A stretch of 64,000 nucleotides of DNA. It comes from an uncultured Prevotellaceae bacterium. Lineage in GTDB: Bacteria; Bacteroidota; Bacteroidia; Bacteroidales; Bacteroidaceae. The position numbers were made by a program, and so were the translations under genes. The stretch is taken from assembly GCA_946185225.1 (NCBI GenBank), contig CAMHIM010000001.1, positions 805-64,804 on the forward strand, read 5' to 3'. The notes beneath the pieces are model-generated. The model was given only the letters and a program-made list of their open reading frames with translations. It searched no databases and was not told where the DNA came from. Below, in pieces: positions 19,318-29,015 of this stretch (positions are counted from its first letter, which is position 1; every line of letters starts with the position of its first letter).

Positions 19318-20004
19318 ATGACAGGAAAGAGACACTTCTTGCTAATGCTTGCTCTTGTGTGCGTGACGCTTGTACAGGCGGCAGAGCCTGGAAAACGATA
19401 TTGGCACTATGACTTCAACCAGCCCTTAGGCCCCGAATGGGAGTATATTCAGCAGCCCGATTCCTCCAAGTACCGTATGTATGACGGCTGGTTGGAACTG
19501 GGCACCTCCAATAGTTCGCTGACGGATAACGACCATCCTACATTTGTCGGCCGGTGTCAGGATACCAGCCTCTTCCTGTTGGAGACGAAGATGCGGCTGC
19601 CAGGTTCTGTGGCTGGTGACGAGGCCGGACTGACTGTCTATCACATGCCTGACGTTCATGCCGAAGTATATGTGCAGAACCTGCGTGGCGACCTGCGTGT
19701 CAAGATGCGCTATACGCTGAAGAACCTGCGCCAGGTGGTGTCTGAAGTCCGTATAGGAAACGTGAAGGACGTATGGCTGAGAATCAAGAAAGAAGGAAAA
19801 TTCTACTCTTTCTTCTATTCTACCGACGGCAATCGCTATCACTGGTTGGAACGTATTGACGCTTCCCTGATGATAGGTGCGGTGGCGCCCTCGGCTGACT
19901 ATCGTGATATCAGGCTGGGCATGTATGCATGGCAGGGCGGTGCTCAGTTTGCCGCAGGCGTGACGTGGGCCCGCTTTGATTACCTGGATTACAAGGAACT
20001 ATGA
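19318..20004 (+). CDS. Secreted stand-alone beta-xylosidase C-terminal (GH43_C2-like) concanavalin domain
   Basis: Signal peptide; DFNQPLGPEW, PTFVGR.Q, EAGLTVY, VWLRI, FFYSTDG, GMYA and FDYLDY; no catalytic propeller; TATATTTG promoter at 19291. Confidence 0.75.
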   Translation: MTGKRHFLLMLALVCVTLVQAAEPGKRYWHYDFNQPLGPEWEYIQQPDSSKYRMYDGWLELGTSNSSLTDNDHPTFVGRCQDTSLFLLETKMRLPGSVAGDEAGLTVYHMPDVHAEVYVQNLRGDLRVKMRYTLKNLRQVVSEVRIGNVKDVWLRIKKEGKFYSFFYSTDGNRYHWLERIDASLMIGAVAPSADYRDIRLGMYAWQGGAQFAAGVTWARFDYLDYKEL

Positions 20005-20047
20005 CGAGACATCATCTTAATATAATTAACCTTAAAAAAGTAAGTAG

Positions 20048-20725
20048 ATGAAAAAGTATTTTGCTGAATTGGTCGGCACGTTCGTGCTGACGTTTCTGGG
20101 TTGTGGCGCAGCCGTTGCCCTGGGGTGTGGATCTGATACTGCTTCGGTGGTAGGTACTGCTATTGCCTTTGGTCTGGCAGTCGTGGCCATGGCTTACACT
20201 ATTGGCGGCATCTCCGGTTGCCACATCAATCCCGCCATTACGCTGGGCGTATTCCTTAATGGTGGTATTAGTGCCAAGGATTGTGGGATGTATATGCTGT
20301 TCCAGGTTATCGGTGCCATCCTTGCTGCTGCCGTGCTGGCCGGCATCGTGTCAACGGCAGACCCGTCGGCAGTCATTACAACTGCCACAGGAGCCAACGC
20401 CTGTAGTTTCGGTGTTACCAATGGTCTGATAGTTGAGGTCGTGCTTACCACGCTCTTCGTGCTCGTTGTACTGGGAGCTACATCGAAGACGAATGGCGCT
20501 ACCAACAACTTTGCCGGACTTGCCATCGGCTTGTCGCTTATATTGATTCATCTTGTAGGCATTCACTTCACGGGTACCAGCGTGAATCCTGCCCGCAGTA
20601 TCGGTCCCGCTTTGTTCCAAGGTGGACAGGCCATGGCCGACCTATGGGTATTCATCATTGGCCCGCTGGTGGGCGGTGCGCTGGCAGCCTTCATTTGGAA
20701 GGCCATAGCTCCAGAGAAGAAATAA
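20048..20725 (+). CDS. aqpZ: Aquaporin Z (MIP family)
   Basis: ISGCHINPA and TSVNPARS (two NPA boxes). Confidence 0.92.
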   Translation: MKKYFAELVGTFVLTFLGCGAAVALGCGSDTASVVGTAIAFGLAVVAMAYTIGGISGCHINPAITLGVFLNGGISAKDCGMYMLFQVIGAILAAAVLAGIVSTADPSAVITTATGANACSFGVTNGLIVEVVLTTLFVLVVLGATSKTNGATNNFAGLAIGLSLILIHLVGIHFTGTSVNPARSIGPALFQGGQAMADLWVFIIGPLVGGALAAFIWKAIAPEKK

Positions 20726-20790
20726 ATTGCAAGATGCAGTTGGCAAAAGACTTGCATACGACAAGGAGTATTGCAAATAATTGAAAAAAC

Positions 20791-20855
20791 AAGCGGTTCG
20801 GCAGTCAAAAAGATTCCGAACCGCTTGTGTTTTTCAATTTTATTCCTTAATTTTG
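20791..20855 (+). promoter_or_regulatory. aqpZ terminator followed by the fba promoter
   Basis: AAGCGGTTCGG/CCGAACCGCTT stem plus T-rich tail; TAATTTTG at 20848-20855. Confidence 0.65.
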
Positions 20856-20904
20856 CGCTCACATTCATACTCAGATATTCTTTTATAATTAAATAAAAAA
20901 CATT

Positions 20905-21912
20905 ATGGTAAATTACAAGGATTTAGGTCTCGTGAATACACGTGACATGTTCAAGAGAGCAGTGGCCGGCGGCTACGCCATCCCCGCCTTCAACTTCAAC
21001 ACCATGGAGCAGATGCAGGCCATCGTCCAGGCTGCCGTGGAGACAAAGTCGCCCGTCATCATGCAGGTTTCGAAGGGTGCACGTAACTACGCCAACGCCA
21101 CCATCCTGCGCTATATGGCTGAGGGCGCCGTGGCCTACGCCAAGGAGCTGGGCTGCGAGCACCCCGAGATTGTGCTCCACCTGGACCACGGCGACAGCTT
21201 CGAGCTCTGCAAGGACTGCATCGACATGGGCTTCTCAAGCGTGATGTACGACGGCTCGAGCCTGCCCTACGAGGAGAACATCAAGATTTCGCGTCAGGTT
21301 GTGGAGTATGCTCACAAGTACGACGTTACCGTTGAGTGCGAGCTCGGTGTCCTGGCCGGTGTCGAGGACGAGGTAGCCTCTGAGGAGAGCCACTACACCA
21401 AGCCCGAGGAGGTCATCGACTTCGCTACCCGCACGGGCTGCGACTCGCTGGCTATCTCTATCGGTACGTCTCACGGTGCCTATAAGTTCAAGCCCGAGCA
21501 GTGCACCCGCGACCCGAAGACCGGCAAGCTCGTTCCTCCTCCCCTCGCATTCGACGTGCTGGCCGAGATCGAGCAGAAGCTGCCCGGCTTCCCCATCGTG
21601 CTCCACGGCTCGAGCTCTGTGCCCCAGGACGAGGTCGATACCATCAACAAGTACGGTGGCAACCTGCCCGACGCCGTCGGTATCCCCGAGGAGCAGCTGC
21701 GCAAGGCTTCGAAGAGCGCCGTCTGCAAGATCAACATCGACAGCGACTCGCGTCTGGCCATGACCGCCGCCGTGCGTAAGTACCTGGCTGAGCATCCCGA
21801 CCACTTCGATCCCCGCCAGTATCTGAAGCCCGCCCGCGAGAACATGAAGAAGATGTACATCCACAAGATTGTCGATGTGCTCGGCAGCGACGGCAAGCTT
21901 GCTCAGTGCTAA
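20905..21912 (+). CDS. fba: Fructose-bisphosphate aldolase class II
   Basis: LHLDHG, SSVMYDGS, ECELG, SIGTSHGAYK, VLHGSS and KINIDSD. Confidence 0.97.
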   Translation: MVNYKDLGLVNTRDMFKRAVAGGYAIPAFNFNTMEQMQAIVQAAVETKSPVIMQVSKGARNYANATILRYMAEGAVAYAKELGCEHPEIVLHLDHGDSFELCKDCIDMGFSSVMYDGSSLPYEENIKISRQVVEYAHKYDVTVECELGVLAGVEDEVASEESHYTKPEEVIDFATRTGCDSLAISIGTSHGAYKFKPEQCTRDPKTGKLVPPPLAFDVLAEIEQKLPGFPIVLHGSSSVPQDEVDTINKYGGNLPDAVGIPEEQLRKASKSAVCKINIDSDSRLAMTAAVRKYLAEHPDHFDPRQYLKPARENMKKMYIHKIVDVLGSDGKLAQC

Positions 21913-21944
21913 AGCAGATAGGGGTACTCCCCTCATCATATATG

Positions 21945-21985
21945 GAAACCGACAGCCCCACTTATAGGGCTGCCGGTTTCTTTTT
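21945..21985 (+). terminator. Intrinsic terminator
   Basis: GAAACCGACAGCCC / GGGCTGCCGGTTTC followed by TTTTT. Confidence 0.85.
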
Positions 21986-22115
21986 ACTGCCATGAGTGTT
22001 AATAATATGTAATCCTGATGATTGCCGGCGGCATGGCCCCTTGTTTTTTTTGTAAGACATGCAACTTTTGCTATTTTTGCAGCGTCAAAAGGACAGAACA
22101 AAGGCATAATGATAT

Positions 22116-22775
22116 ATGATTCACTTAGAGAACGTAAATAAGACTTACTATGGTGCACAGCCCCTGCACGTGCTGAAGGGTATCAACCTGGATATCAGTG
22201 AGGGTGAATTTGTCAGCATCATGGGGGCTTCGGGGTCGGGAAAGTCGACTCTGCTGAACATTCTCGGTATTTTGGATAATTATGATTCCGGCAGCTATGA
22301 GCTGGCAGGGACGCGCATATGGAATCTGTCGGAGACACGTGCGGCAGAATATCGCAACAAGATGATAGGCTTTATCTTCCAGTCGTTTAATCTTATCTCG
22401 TTTAAGACGGCTGTGGAGAATGTGGAACTGCCATTGTTCTATCAGGGTATGAACCGTAAGAGAAGGCATGCGCTGGCATTGGAATACCTTGATCGTCTCG
22501 GTCTCAAGGACTGGGCCTCACACTATCCTAACGAACTGAGTGGCGGTCAGCGGCAGCGCGTGGCCATCGCCCGGGCTCTTATCACGAAGCCGAAAATCAT
22601 ACTGGCCGATGAGCCCACGGGGGCATTAGACTCTAAGACGAGTATAGAAGTAATGCAACTCCTGAAAGACTTGAATCGTGACGAGCATATTACCCAGATT
22701 ATTGTTACTCATGATCCGACAGTAGCCGAACAGACGAACCGTATAATCCGAATCAAGGATGGAGTTATTGAATGA
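22116..22775 (+). CDS. ABC transporter ATP-binding protein (MacB/LolD-like)
   Basis: GASGSGKST, LSGGQRQRVAIARAL and ILADEPTGALD. Confidence 0.95.
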   Translation: MIHLENVNKTYYGAQPLHVLKGINLDISEGEFVSIMGASGSGKSTLLNILGILDNYDSGSYELAGTRIWNLSETRAAEYRNKMIGFIFQSFNLISFKTAVENVELPLFYQGMNRKRRHALALEYLDRLGLKDWASHYPNELSGGQRQRVAIARALITKPKIILADEPTGALDSKTSIEVMQLLKDLNRDEHITQIIVTHDPTVAEQTNRIIRIKDGVIE

Positions 22776-24039
22776 GATATGTCAGACGGCGCGGCGTAAC
22801 AAGCTGCGGACAACACTGACGGGCTTTGCCGTGGCGTGGGGCATCTTCATGCTTATCGTGCTGCTTGGTGCCGGTAACGGACTGATTAACGCGAACATGA
22901 AGCAGAGCGACCGTTTCCTCAGTTCGTCGATGGTCGTCTATGGTGGTATGACGTCGAAACCCTATCAGGGACTGAAGGAGGGTAGGACAGTACGTCTGCA
23001 TGAGAATGACATGAGTATTACAGCTACGGAGTTCTCGAAGAACGTTGATGAGGTGGGTGCCCAGTATAATGCCAATGCTACTATTAGTCTCGACCGGCAG
23101 TACATCAGTACGGGCATTAGCGGTGTATACCCCAATCACACGAAGATTAACAAGGTGGAAATGCTTTATGGCAGATTTGTCAACGACATTGACATCCGGG
23201 AGAGCCGCAAGGTGCTTGTCCTTGGGAACAAGCAGGCGAAGGAACTGTTGAACCTTCCTGCTGCTCAATCGCAACAGGAAGGAAGCGAAGCAAGGCTCGT
23301 CGGACAGTTTGTGAAAGTCGGCAATCTGGCGTTTAAGGTGGTTGGTATATATAAGGAAAACGAGAACGGGCGGGCCGAGGTGTTCAGCAGCTATTCGGCC
23401 ATCAAGCGCATCTTTGGTGCCAACACCGACGATGCCGGCCGTATAGAGTTTACCTTCCACGGTCTGCCCACTGAGCAAGCCAACGAAGACTTTGAGAGAG
23501 ACTACCGTCACCGTCTGAACGCTGAACATCAGGCTCACCCGGAAGACGAGGACGCCGTGTGGCTGTGGAACCGCTTCACGCAGAACCTGCAGATGGAGAA
23601 GGGTATTGGCATCATTCGCACGGCACTCTGGATTGTGGGACTCTTCACGCTGCTCTCAGGCATCGTAGGCGTCTCGAACATCATGCTGATTACCGTCAAG
23701 GAGCGTACCCATGAGTTCGGAATACGAAAGGCAATTGGCGCCAGACCTTGGAACATCCTGCGTCTGATTATTGTCGAGAGCGTCATCATCACCACTTTCT
23801 TCGGCTATATCGGTATGGTGCTGGGCGTAGCAGCTAATGAGTATATGGATGCAACGATAGGCCACGAGACCATTGATACAGGCTTGTTCAAGGCCACCAT
23901 GTTCCTCGACCCCACCGTTGGACTTGACGTCTGCATCGAGGCGACCTTGATAATGGTTCTTGCTGGTACTGTCGCCGGACTGATACCGGCATATAAGGCC
24001 AGCCGTATACCTCCTATTGAAGCACTTCGCGCCGACTAA
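22759..24039 (+). CDS. ABC transporter permease (MacB_PCD + FtsX)
   Basis: RNKLRTTLTGFAVAWG; GVSNIMLITVKERTHEFGIRKAIGA; PIEALR. Confidence 0.93.
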   Translation: MELLNEICQTARRNKLRTTLTGFAVAWGIFMLIVLLGAGNGLINANMKQSDRFLSSSMVVYGGMTSKPYQGLKEGRTVRLHENDMSITATEFSKNVDEVGAQYNANATISLDRQYISTGISGVYPNHTKINKVEMLYGRFVNDIDIRESRKVLVLGNKQAKELLNLPAAQSQQEGSEARLVGQFVKVGNLAFKVVGIYKENENGRAEVFSSYSAIKRIFGANTDDAGRIEFTFHGLPTEQANEDFERDYRHRLNAEHQAHPEDEDAVWLWNRFTQNLQMEKGIGIIRTALWIVGLFTLLSGIVGVSNIMLITVKERTHEFGIRKAIGARPWNILRLIIVESVIITTFFGYIGMVLGVAANEYMDATIGHETIDTGLFKATMFLDPTVGLDVCIEATLIMVLAGTVAGLIPAYKASRIPPIEALRAD

Positions 24040-24068
24040 GAGAAAAATACTGGAGATTATAGAAAACT

Positions 24069-25316
24069 ATGAGAATAGATATTGACAGCTATCGTGAAGT
24101 CCTCGACACCTTGACGAGAAACAAGAGCCGGAGCATCCTGACAGGCTTCGGTGTCTTTTGGGGCGTCTTTATGCTCGTTACCCTCATGGGTGGCGGCGCC
24201 GGACTAAAGGAACTGCTCGAGCAGAATTTCTCGGGTTTTTCCACGAACGCTGCCATGGTTTGGGCACAACCTACGAGTAAGGCATATAAGGGCTTCCGTA
24301 AAGGACGCATGTGGACGATGGACTACAACGACGTTGCCCGTATCCGGCGTAGTGTTCCTGAGCTTGACGTCGTTACTCCCTTGCTTTTCAGTAATGGAAG
24401 CATCGCCTGTTTCGGCGACCGCAAGGCGACTGTCGGCGTCTCGGGTGCCATGCCCGACTATCGCTATGTCAACGAACCGAAGATGTACTACGGACGTTAT
24501 CTTGATGAGGCCGACATTCGTGAACACCGGAAAGTCTGTGTTATTCAGAAGAAGACCTATAAGGAGCTGTTTCCCAATGGCGGTGACCCCTGTGGACAGC
24601 GTATCCGCATTGACAATATCTATTATCAGATTGTTGGTGTTGACTACAATGTGAGCCAGTCCATGAGTTTTGGCGGCGATGCTGGTACGAATGTCGTCCT
24701 TCCACTTACTTTCATGCAGCAGGCATACAATCGTGGCAATGCTGTCGACATGATTGCTGTTATTGGTCGCAAGGGAGTGGTAATGTCTAGTATTACCGAC
24801 CGTATCCGTGAGACCGTTGCCCGTGCCCATACCGTTGACCCTACAGACGAACAGGGGGCCATGGTCTTCAACACCGAAGTACTCTTCCAATTGCTTGACA
24901 ATCTTTTCCGTGGCGTGAATTTCCTCATCTGGCTGGTTGGTCTCGGCACTTTGTTGGCGGGCTCTATCGGCGTCTCGAACATCATGATGGTCACCGTTCG
25001 CGAGCGTACTACAGAGATTGGCATACGGCGTGCTATCGGTGCCACGCCTCGTGTTATTCTTGGACAAATAATCAGTGAGAGCGTCGTCCTTACCCTTGTT
25101 GCCGGTATGAGTGGCATCCTCTTTTCTGTCTTCATCCTGCAGATGCTGGAACTGGCCAATACCGAGGACGGAATCCTTGCAGCCCACTTCCAAGTGGGGT
25201 TCTGGACCGCCATCTTCTGTGCCTTCCTTGTATCCGCCATGGGAATCATAGCGGGTCTGGCCCCTGCTGCCCGTGCAATGAGTATCAAACCAGTGGATGC
25301 CATGCGCGACGAGTAG
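24069..25316 (+). CDS. ABC transporter permease (MacB_PCD + FtsX)
   Basis: RNKSRSILTGFGVFWG; GVSNIMMVTVRERTTEIGIRRAIGA; PVDAMRDE. Confidence 0.93.
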   Translation: MRIDIDSYREVLDTLTRNKSRSILTGFGVFWGVFMLVTLMGGGAGLKELLEQNFSGFSTNAAMVWAQPTSKAYKGFRKGRMWTMDYNDVARIRRSVPELDVVTPLLFSNGSIACFGDRKATVGVSGAMPDYRYVNEPKMYYGRYLDEADIREHRKVCVIQKKTYKELFPNGGDPCGQRIRIDNIYYQIVGVDYNVSQSMSFGGDAGTNVVLPLTFMQQAYNRGNAVDMIAVIGRKGVVMSSITDRIRETVARAHTVDPTDEQGAMVFNTEVLFQLLDNLFRGVNFLIWLVGLGTLLAGSIGVSNIMMVTVRERTTEIGIRRAIGATPRVILGQIISESVVLTLVAGMSGILFSVFILQMLELANTEDGILAAHFQVGFWTAIFCAFLVSAMGIIAGLAPAARAMSIKPVDAMRDE

Positions 25317-25365
25317 GGCCAATCCTTGTTGACTTGGTAAGACTACAAAACATAAAAATAGAATA

Positions 25366-26478
25366 ATGAAAAAGTACAGTAAACTCATCTTCGCTGCGAT
25401 TATCGCATTGATTTTCATCGGAACCTTTGTGTTCCTCTGGCAGAAAAGCCGGCCGAAAGACATTATGTATCTGGAGTTTACCCCGAAGATGGACAGTATT
25501 CAGAAGACAACCATCATTACAGGGAAGATAGAACCACGTAACGAGGTAAACGTCAAGCCTCAGATTTCTGGTATTATTGCTGAACTGATGAAGGAGCCTG
25601 GTCAATACGTACAGCAGGGCGAGGTCATTGCCAAAGTTAAGGTTATCCCTGACATGGGCCAGTTGAGCAGTGCAGAGAGCCGTGTCCGCCTTGCCGCCCT
25701 CAACCTGAGGCAGGCTCAGGTAGACTATAATCGTGAAGAGGCATTGCACAACCAGCAGCTCGTCTCCGACGAAGAGTTTGACAAAGTGCGCCAGCAGCTT
25801 CGTCAGGCTCGGGAGGAGCAGAGTGCAGCAGAGGATGCCCTTCAGGTTGTCCGGGATGGAGTGAGCAGGTCGAATGCCAAAGCCTCTTCCACGCTGATAA
25901 GGAGCACCATTAGTGGAGTCATCCTTGACATCCCCGTGAAGGTCGGCAATAGCGTCATCAATTCAAACACCTTCAATGATGGTACTACTATCGCTACCGT
26001 TGCTAACATGAACGATTTAATTTTCCGGGGTAACATTGATGAGACGGAAGTCGGACAACTTGTCCTCGGCATGCCTATGAAAATTACCATCGGTGCCCTG
26101 CAGGATTTGAAGTTCGATGCCTTGCTGGAGTATGTCTCCCCCAAGGCGGTCGAGTCGAATGGTGCCAACCAGTTTGAAATCAAGGCTGCAGTGAAACTTG
26201 CCGAGGGAGGGGAAATCCGCTCTGGCTATAGTGCTAATGCCGAGATTGTCCTTGCCCGTGCCGAAAAGGTTCTCTGTGTTCCTGAGAGTACCATTGAGTT
26301 CAGTGGCGACTCTACCTTCGTCTATGTCGTCAAGGACAGTGGCAGACGACCGACATACGAGCGTAAGCAGGTGGTCATTGGTCTTTCTGACGGTGTACAC
26401 ATTGAGATTAAGAAGGGACTTTCGTTGAAGGATAAGGTCCGCGGTACTCAGATTATTACTGACGACAACAAGAAATAG
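25366..26478 (+). CDS. Efflux periplasmic adaptor subunit (MacA/HlyD-like)
   Basis: N-terminal TM helix; VNVKPQISG; IRSTISG; IDETEVG; GLSDG. Confidence 0.92.
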   Translation: MKKYSKLIFAAIIALIFIGTFVFLWQKSRPKDIMYLEFTPKMDSIQKTTIITGKIEPRNEVNVKPQISGIIAELMKEPGQYVQQGEVIAKVKVIPDMGQLSSAESRVRLAALNLRQAQVDYNREEALHNQQLVSDEEFDKVRQQLRQAREEQSAAEDALQVVRDGVSRSNAKASSTLIRSTISGVILDIPVKVGNSVINSNTFNDGTTIATVANMNDLIFRGNIDETEVGQLVLGMPMKITIGALQDLKFDALLEYVSPKAVESNGANQFEIKAAVKLAEGGEIRSGYSANAEIVLARAEKVLCVPESTIEFSGDSTFVYVVKDSGRRPTYERKQVVIGLSDGVHIEIKKGLSLKDKVRGTQIITDDNKK

Positions 26479-26481
26479 ACC

Positions 26482-27807
26482 ATGAACAGGATTGCCTCTT
26501 TATTGTCGATAATCAGCTGTTGCCTGGCGTCTTCTGCTGGTGTACAGCCCCATGCATGGTCGCTCCGCGAGTGTTGTGACTATGCTGTTGCTCATAACAT
26601 CGTCGTTCGCCAGCAGGAGAATACTTGCCTTCAGCAGGAACTTCAGCTTTCTACGTCCAAGAATCAGCGTCTGCCAGACCTCAGCGGTTCTGTTGGCCAG
26701 AACTTTTCTTTCGGACGTGGTCTGACGGCAAACAATACCTATTCAAATACCAATACGTCGTCAACGTCGTTCAGTATCGGCACTACGGTACCTCTTTTTA
26801 CGGGGTTCCAGATTCCCAATCAGGTCAAGATGAACCAGTTGAACCTGGAGGCTGCTACGGCTGACCTGGAGAAGGCAAAGAACGACGTGAGAATGCAGGT
26901 TGCCCAGGCCTACGTGCAAATCCTCTATTGTATGGAGATTGCCGATGTGGCTCATCGCCAAATCACCATCGACTCTTTGCAGGTTGTGCGTCTTCAGACC
27001 ATGGTGGACAATGGTAAGGCCAGTGGTGCTCAACTCTCACAGCAGTGTGCTACTCTCGCTAACAGTCGTCTTACTGCTACTCAGGCAGACAATAATCAGG
27101 CTCTTGCCGTCCTCACGCTGACTCAGCTTCTGGAACTCCCCACTGCCGATGGCTTTGCTGTCGAACGGCCTGTCATAGGTGAAGATGTTCAATTCTCAAT
27201 ACCTTCCCCAGACATTGTTTATGCCGAGGCCCTTGGCTTGAAACCCGAGATAGTTGCCCAGCAACTTCGGCTTCGTGCCAGTAATCGCAGTATTGCTATT
27301 GCACGTGCCGGCTACATGCCTACGCTCAGTTTGAGCGGTGGTCTTGGCTCCAACTACTATACCACCAGCAATTTCCCTTCCGAGAGTTTTGGCAAGCAGT
27401 TGAAGAATAACTTCTCTCAGTATGTCGGTCTGAATCTCAGCATTCCCATCTTCAATCGCTTCCAGACCCGTAATAGTATTCGCGGAGCTAAGATAGACCA
27501 GCAGAACCAGCAGCTTGCCCTTGACAATGCCAGAAAAACGCTCTACAAGGAAATTCAGCAGACTTGTCTCAATGCCTCCGCTGCTCAGTCGAAATACGAA
27601 AGTAGTATTGCTGCCGCTCAGAGCAGTTATGACGCCTTTGTGCTGATGCAGGCGAAATATGAGAATGGTAAGGCTAATATCACTGAATTCAACGAGCAGA
27701 AGACTCTCTATCTGAAGTCAGAGAGTGATCTTGTCCAGGCTCGTTACGAACTGCTTTACCAGCATGCACTTCTCCGGTTTTATCGGGGACAGAACCTTGA
27801 CTTCTGA
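26482..27807 (+). CDS. TolC family outer membrane efflux protein
   Basis: WSLRECCDYA, RLPDLS, PLFTGF, LSIPIFNRF and KYENG. Confidence 0.92.
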   Translation: MNRIASLLSIISCCLASSAGVQPHAWSLRECCDYAVAHNIVVRQQENTCLQQELQLSTSKNQRLPDLSGSVGQNFSFGRGLTANNTYSNTNTSSTSFSIGTTVPLFTGFQIPNQVKMNQLNLEAATADLEKAKNDVRMQVAQAYVQILYCMEIADVAHRQITIDSLQVVRLQTMVDNGKASGAQLSQQCATLANSRLTATQADNNQALAVLTLTQLLELPTADGFAVERPVIGEDVQFSIPSPDIVYAEALGLKPEIVAQQLRLRASNRSIAIARAGYMPTLSLSGGLGSNYYTTSNFPSESFGKQLKNNFSQYVGLNLSIPIFNRFQTRNSIRGAKIDQQNQQLALDNARKTLYKEIQQTCLNASAAQSKYESSIAAAQSSYDAFVLMQAKYENGKANITEFNEQKTLYLKSESDLVQARYELLYQHALLRFYRGQNLDF

Positions 27808-27811
27808 TACA

Positions 27812-27852
27812 CAGCGGGGGAAGAACGATGTCGTTCTTCCCCCGCTGCTTTT
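27812..27852. terminator. Bidirectional terminator between convergent genes
   Basis: CAGCGGGGGAAGAACGA / TCGTTCTTCCCCCGCTG perfect stem. Confidence 0.9.
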
Positions 27853-27861
27853 CTTAGAATG

Positions 27862-28947
27862 TTATTTAGGCTGTTCGGCCTCCAGCCGCTCTACGGCTCC
27901 TGTCGAGGGCGACAGCCACAGGTGGGTGGTCCATCGCTTGTTGAACAGCTCGCCGCTGAGTAGTTCGACGTGCCCGAACTGAGCTACGGCCATTTCCTCG
28001 GTTGCCATGACGTCGTTGCCGTTGTAGAGGGTGACTCGCATGCGTCCCGGAACGTTGACATACAATCCGTTCTCGTCCTTCTTTTTCTTCTTGCTGTTGG
28101 TCTCCTCAATGACGGGCGGTACCGAGTGCTCATCGTCGATACTTATATAATAAGGTGTGCCGCTAAGGTCATCGCTGTCCACCAGTCCCAGTCGCTGTGA
28201 CAGCCGGAAAAGGATGCGCTTCTCCATGGTGCTGTCAGGACATATTACGTAGGACTGCTCCGTTGTGTCGCGTATTGTTATACCCTTGAAAAGCGATGTC
28301 AGCGACTGGTCTTGCTCTTCCAGTTGACTGAGCATGAGGCGCAGTTGGTCGCCGTCTTTCGGCATGAAGTCTGCTTGTCCTTTGATAAGCAGGTTGTGGT
28401 TCTCGCGCAAATCGTATATCTCACGCGCCGTCAGCTCTGCCATCTTTGCCGTACTCCCTGCTGTCAGAATCTCCTCGGTCATGAATTGTCGTGGGGATAT
28501 TTTGTCGCTGCGGCGTGCCGGAACGAACGGAGCGGGCAGCATGGCCTTTGTTGGCTCGGCATTGACAGCTAATAGTACGCCGTCATCACTAAGGGCTACG
28601 TTGGCAGCCGAGGAACGGGCGTTGAACTGTACAGCATAGGCTTTGCTCTTATCGGGCAGCCCTATCGGGGTCATGCTGACTCTTGTGATGCGATAGCTGG
28701 TAGCTGGTTCCTGCTGCACGTCGCGCAGTCGGAGGTACTTGTCGGCATATTTGCAGAAGTCTCCCGGCTGGTAACTGGTTTTTTCTACTTGTACGGTAAC
28801 GCGTATGGCGGTTTTCGGTAGGAAGTATATGGCTCCTTCGGGTGTCACTCCCGGCTGGTAGGCGTTGATGACGGTCTGCGCCCTTGCGGGGATGAGTGAT
28901 AGCAGACAAATGGTCAATGACAAAAGAAGGGGGCGTATTGCTTTCAT
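27862..28947 (-). CDS. DUF4831 family exported protein
   Basis: Signal peptide MKAIRP; YFLPKT..PGDFCKYADKYL; EEILTAGSTAKMAE; AQFG; downstream of nnr. The track's longer start overlaps nnr and was rejected. Confidence 0.8.
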   Translation of the reverse strand: MKAIRPLLLSLTICLLSLIPARAQTVINAYQPGVTPEGAIYFLPKTAIRVTVQVEKTSYQPGDFCKYADKYLRLRDVQQEPATSYRITRVSMTPIGLPDKSKAYAVQFNARSSAANVALSDDGVLLAVNAEPTKAMLPAPFVPARRSDKISPRQFMTEEILTAGSTAKMAELTAREIYDLRENHNLLIKGQADFMPKDGDQLRLMLSQLEEQDQSLTSLFKGITIRDTTEQSYVICPDSTMEKRILFRLSQRLGLVDSDDLSGTPYYISIDDEHSVPPVIEETNSKKKKKDENGLYVNVPGRMRVTLYNGNDVMATEEMAVAQFGHVELLSGELFNKRWTTHLWLSPSTGAVERLEAEQPK

Positions 28948-29015
28948 TTGTTTCGTTGTGTTAATGTGTTTCTTGATTTTCGTTGCTTTGACGTCTTTAT
29001 GTCTCATGGGGTGCG

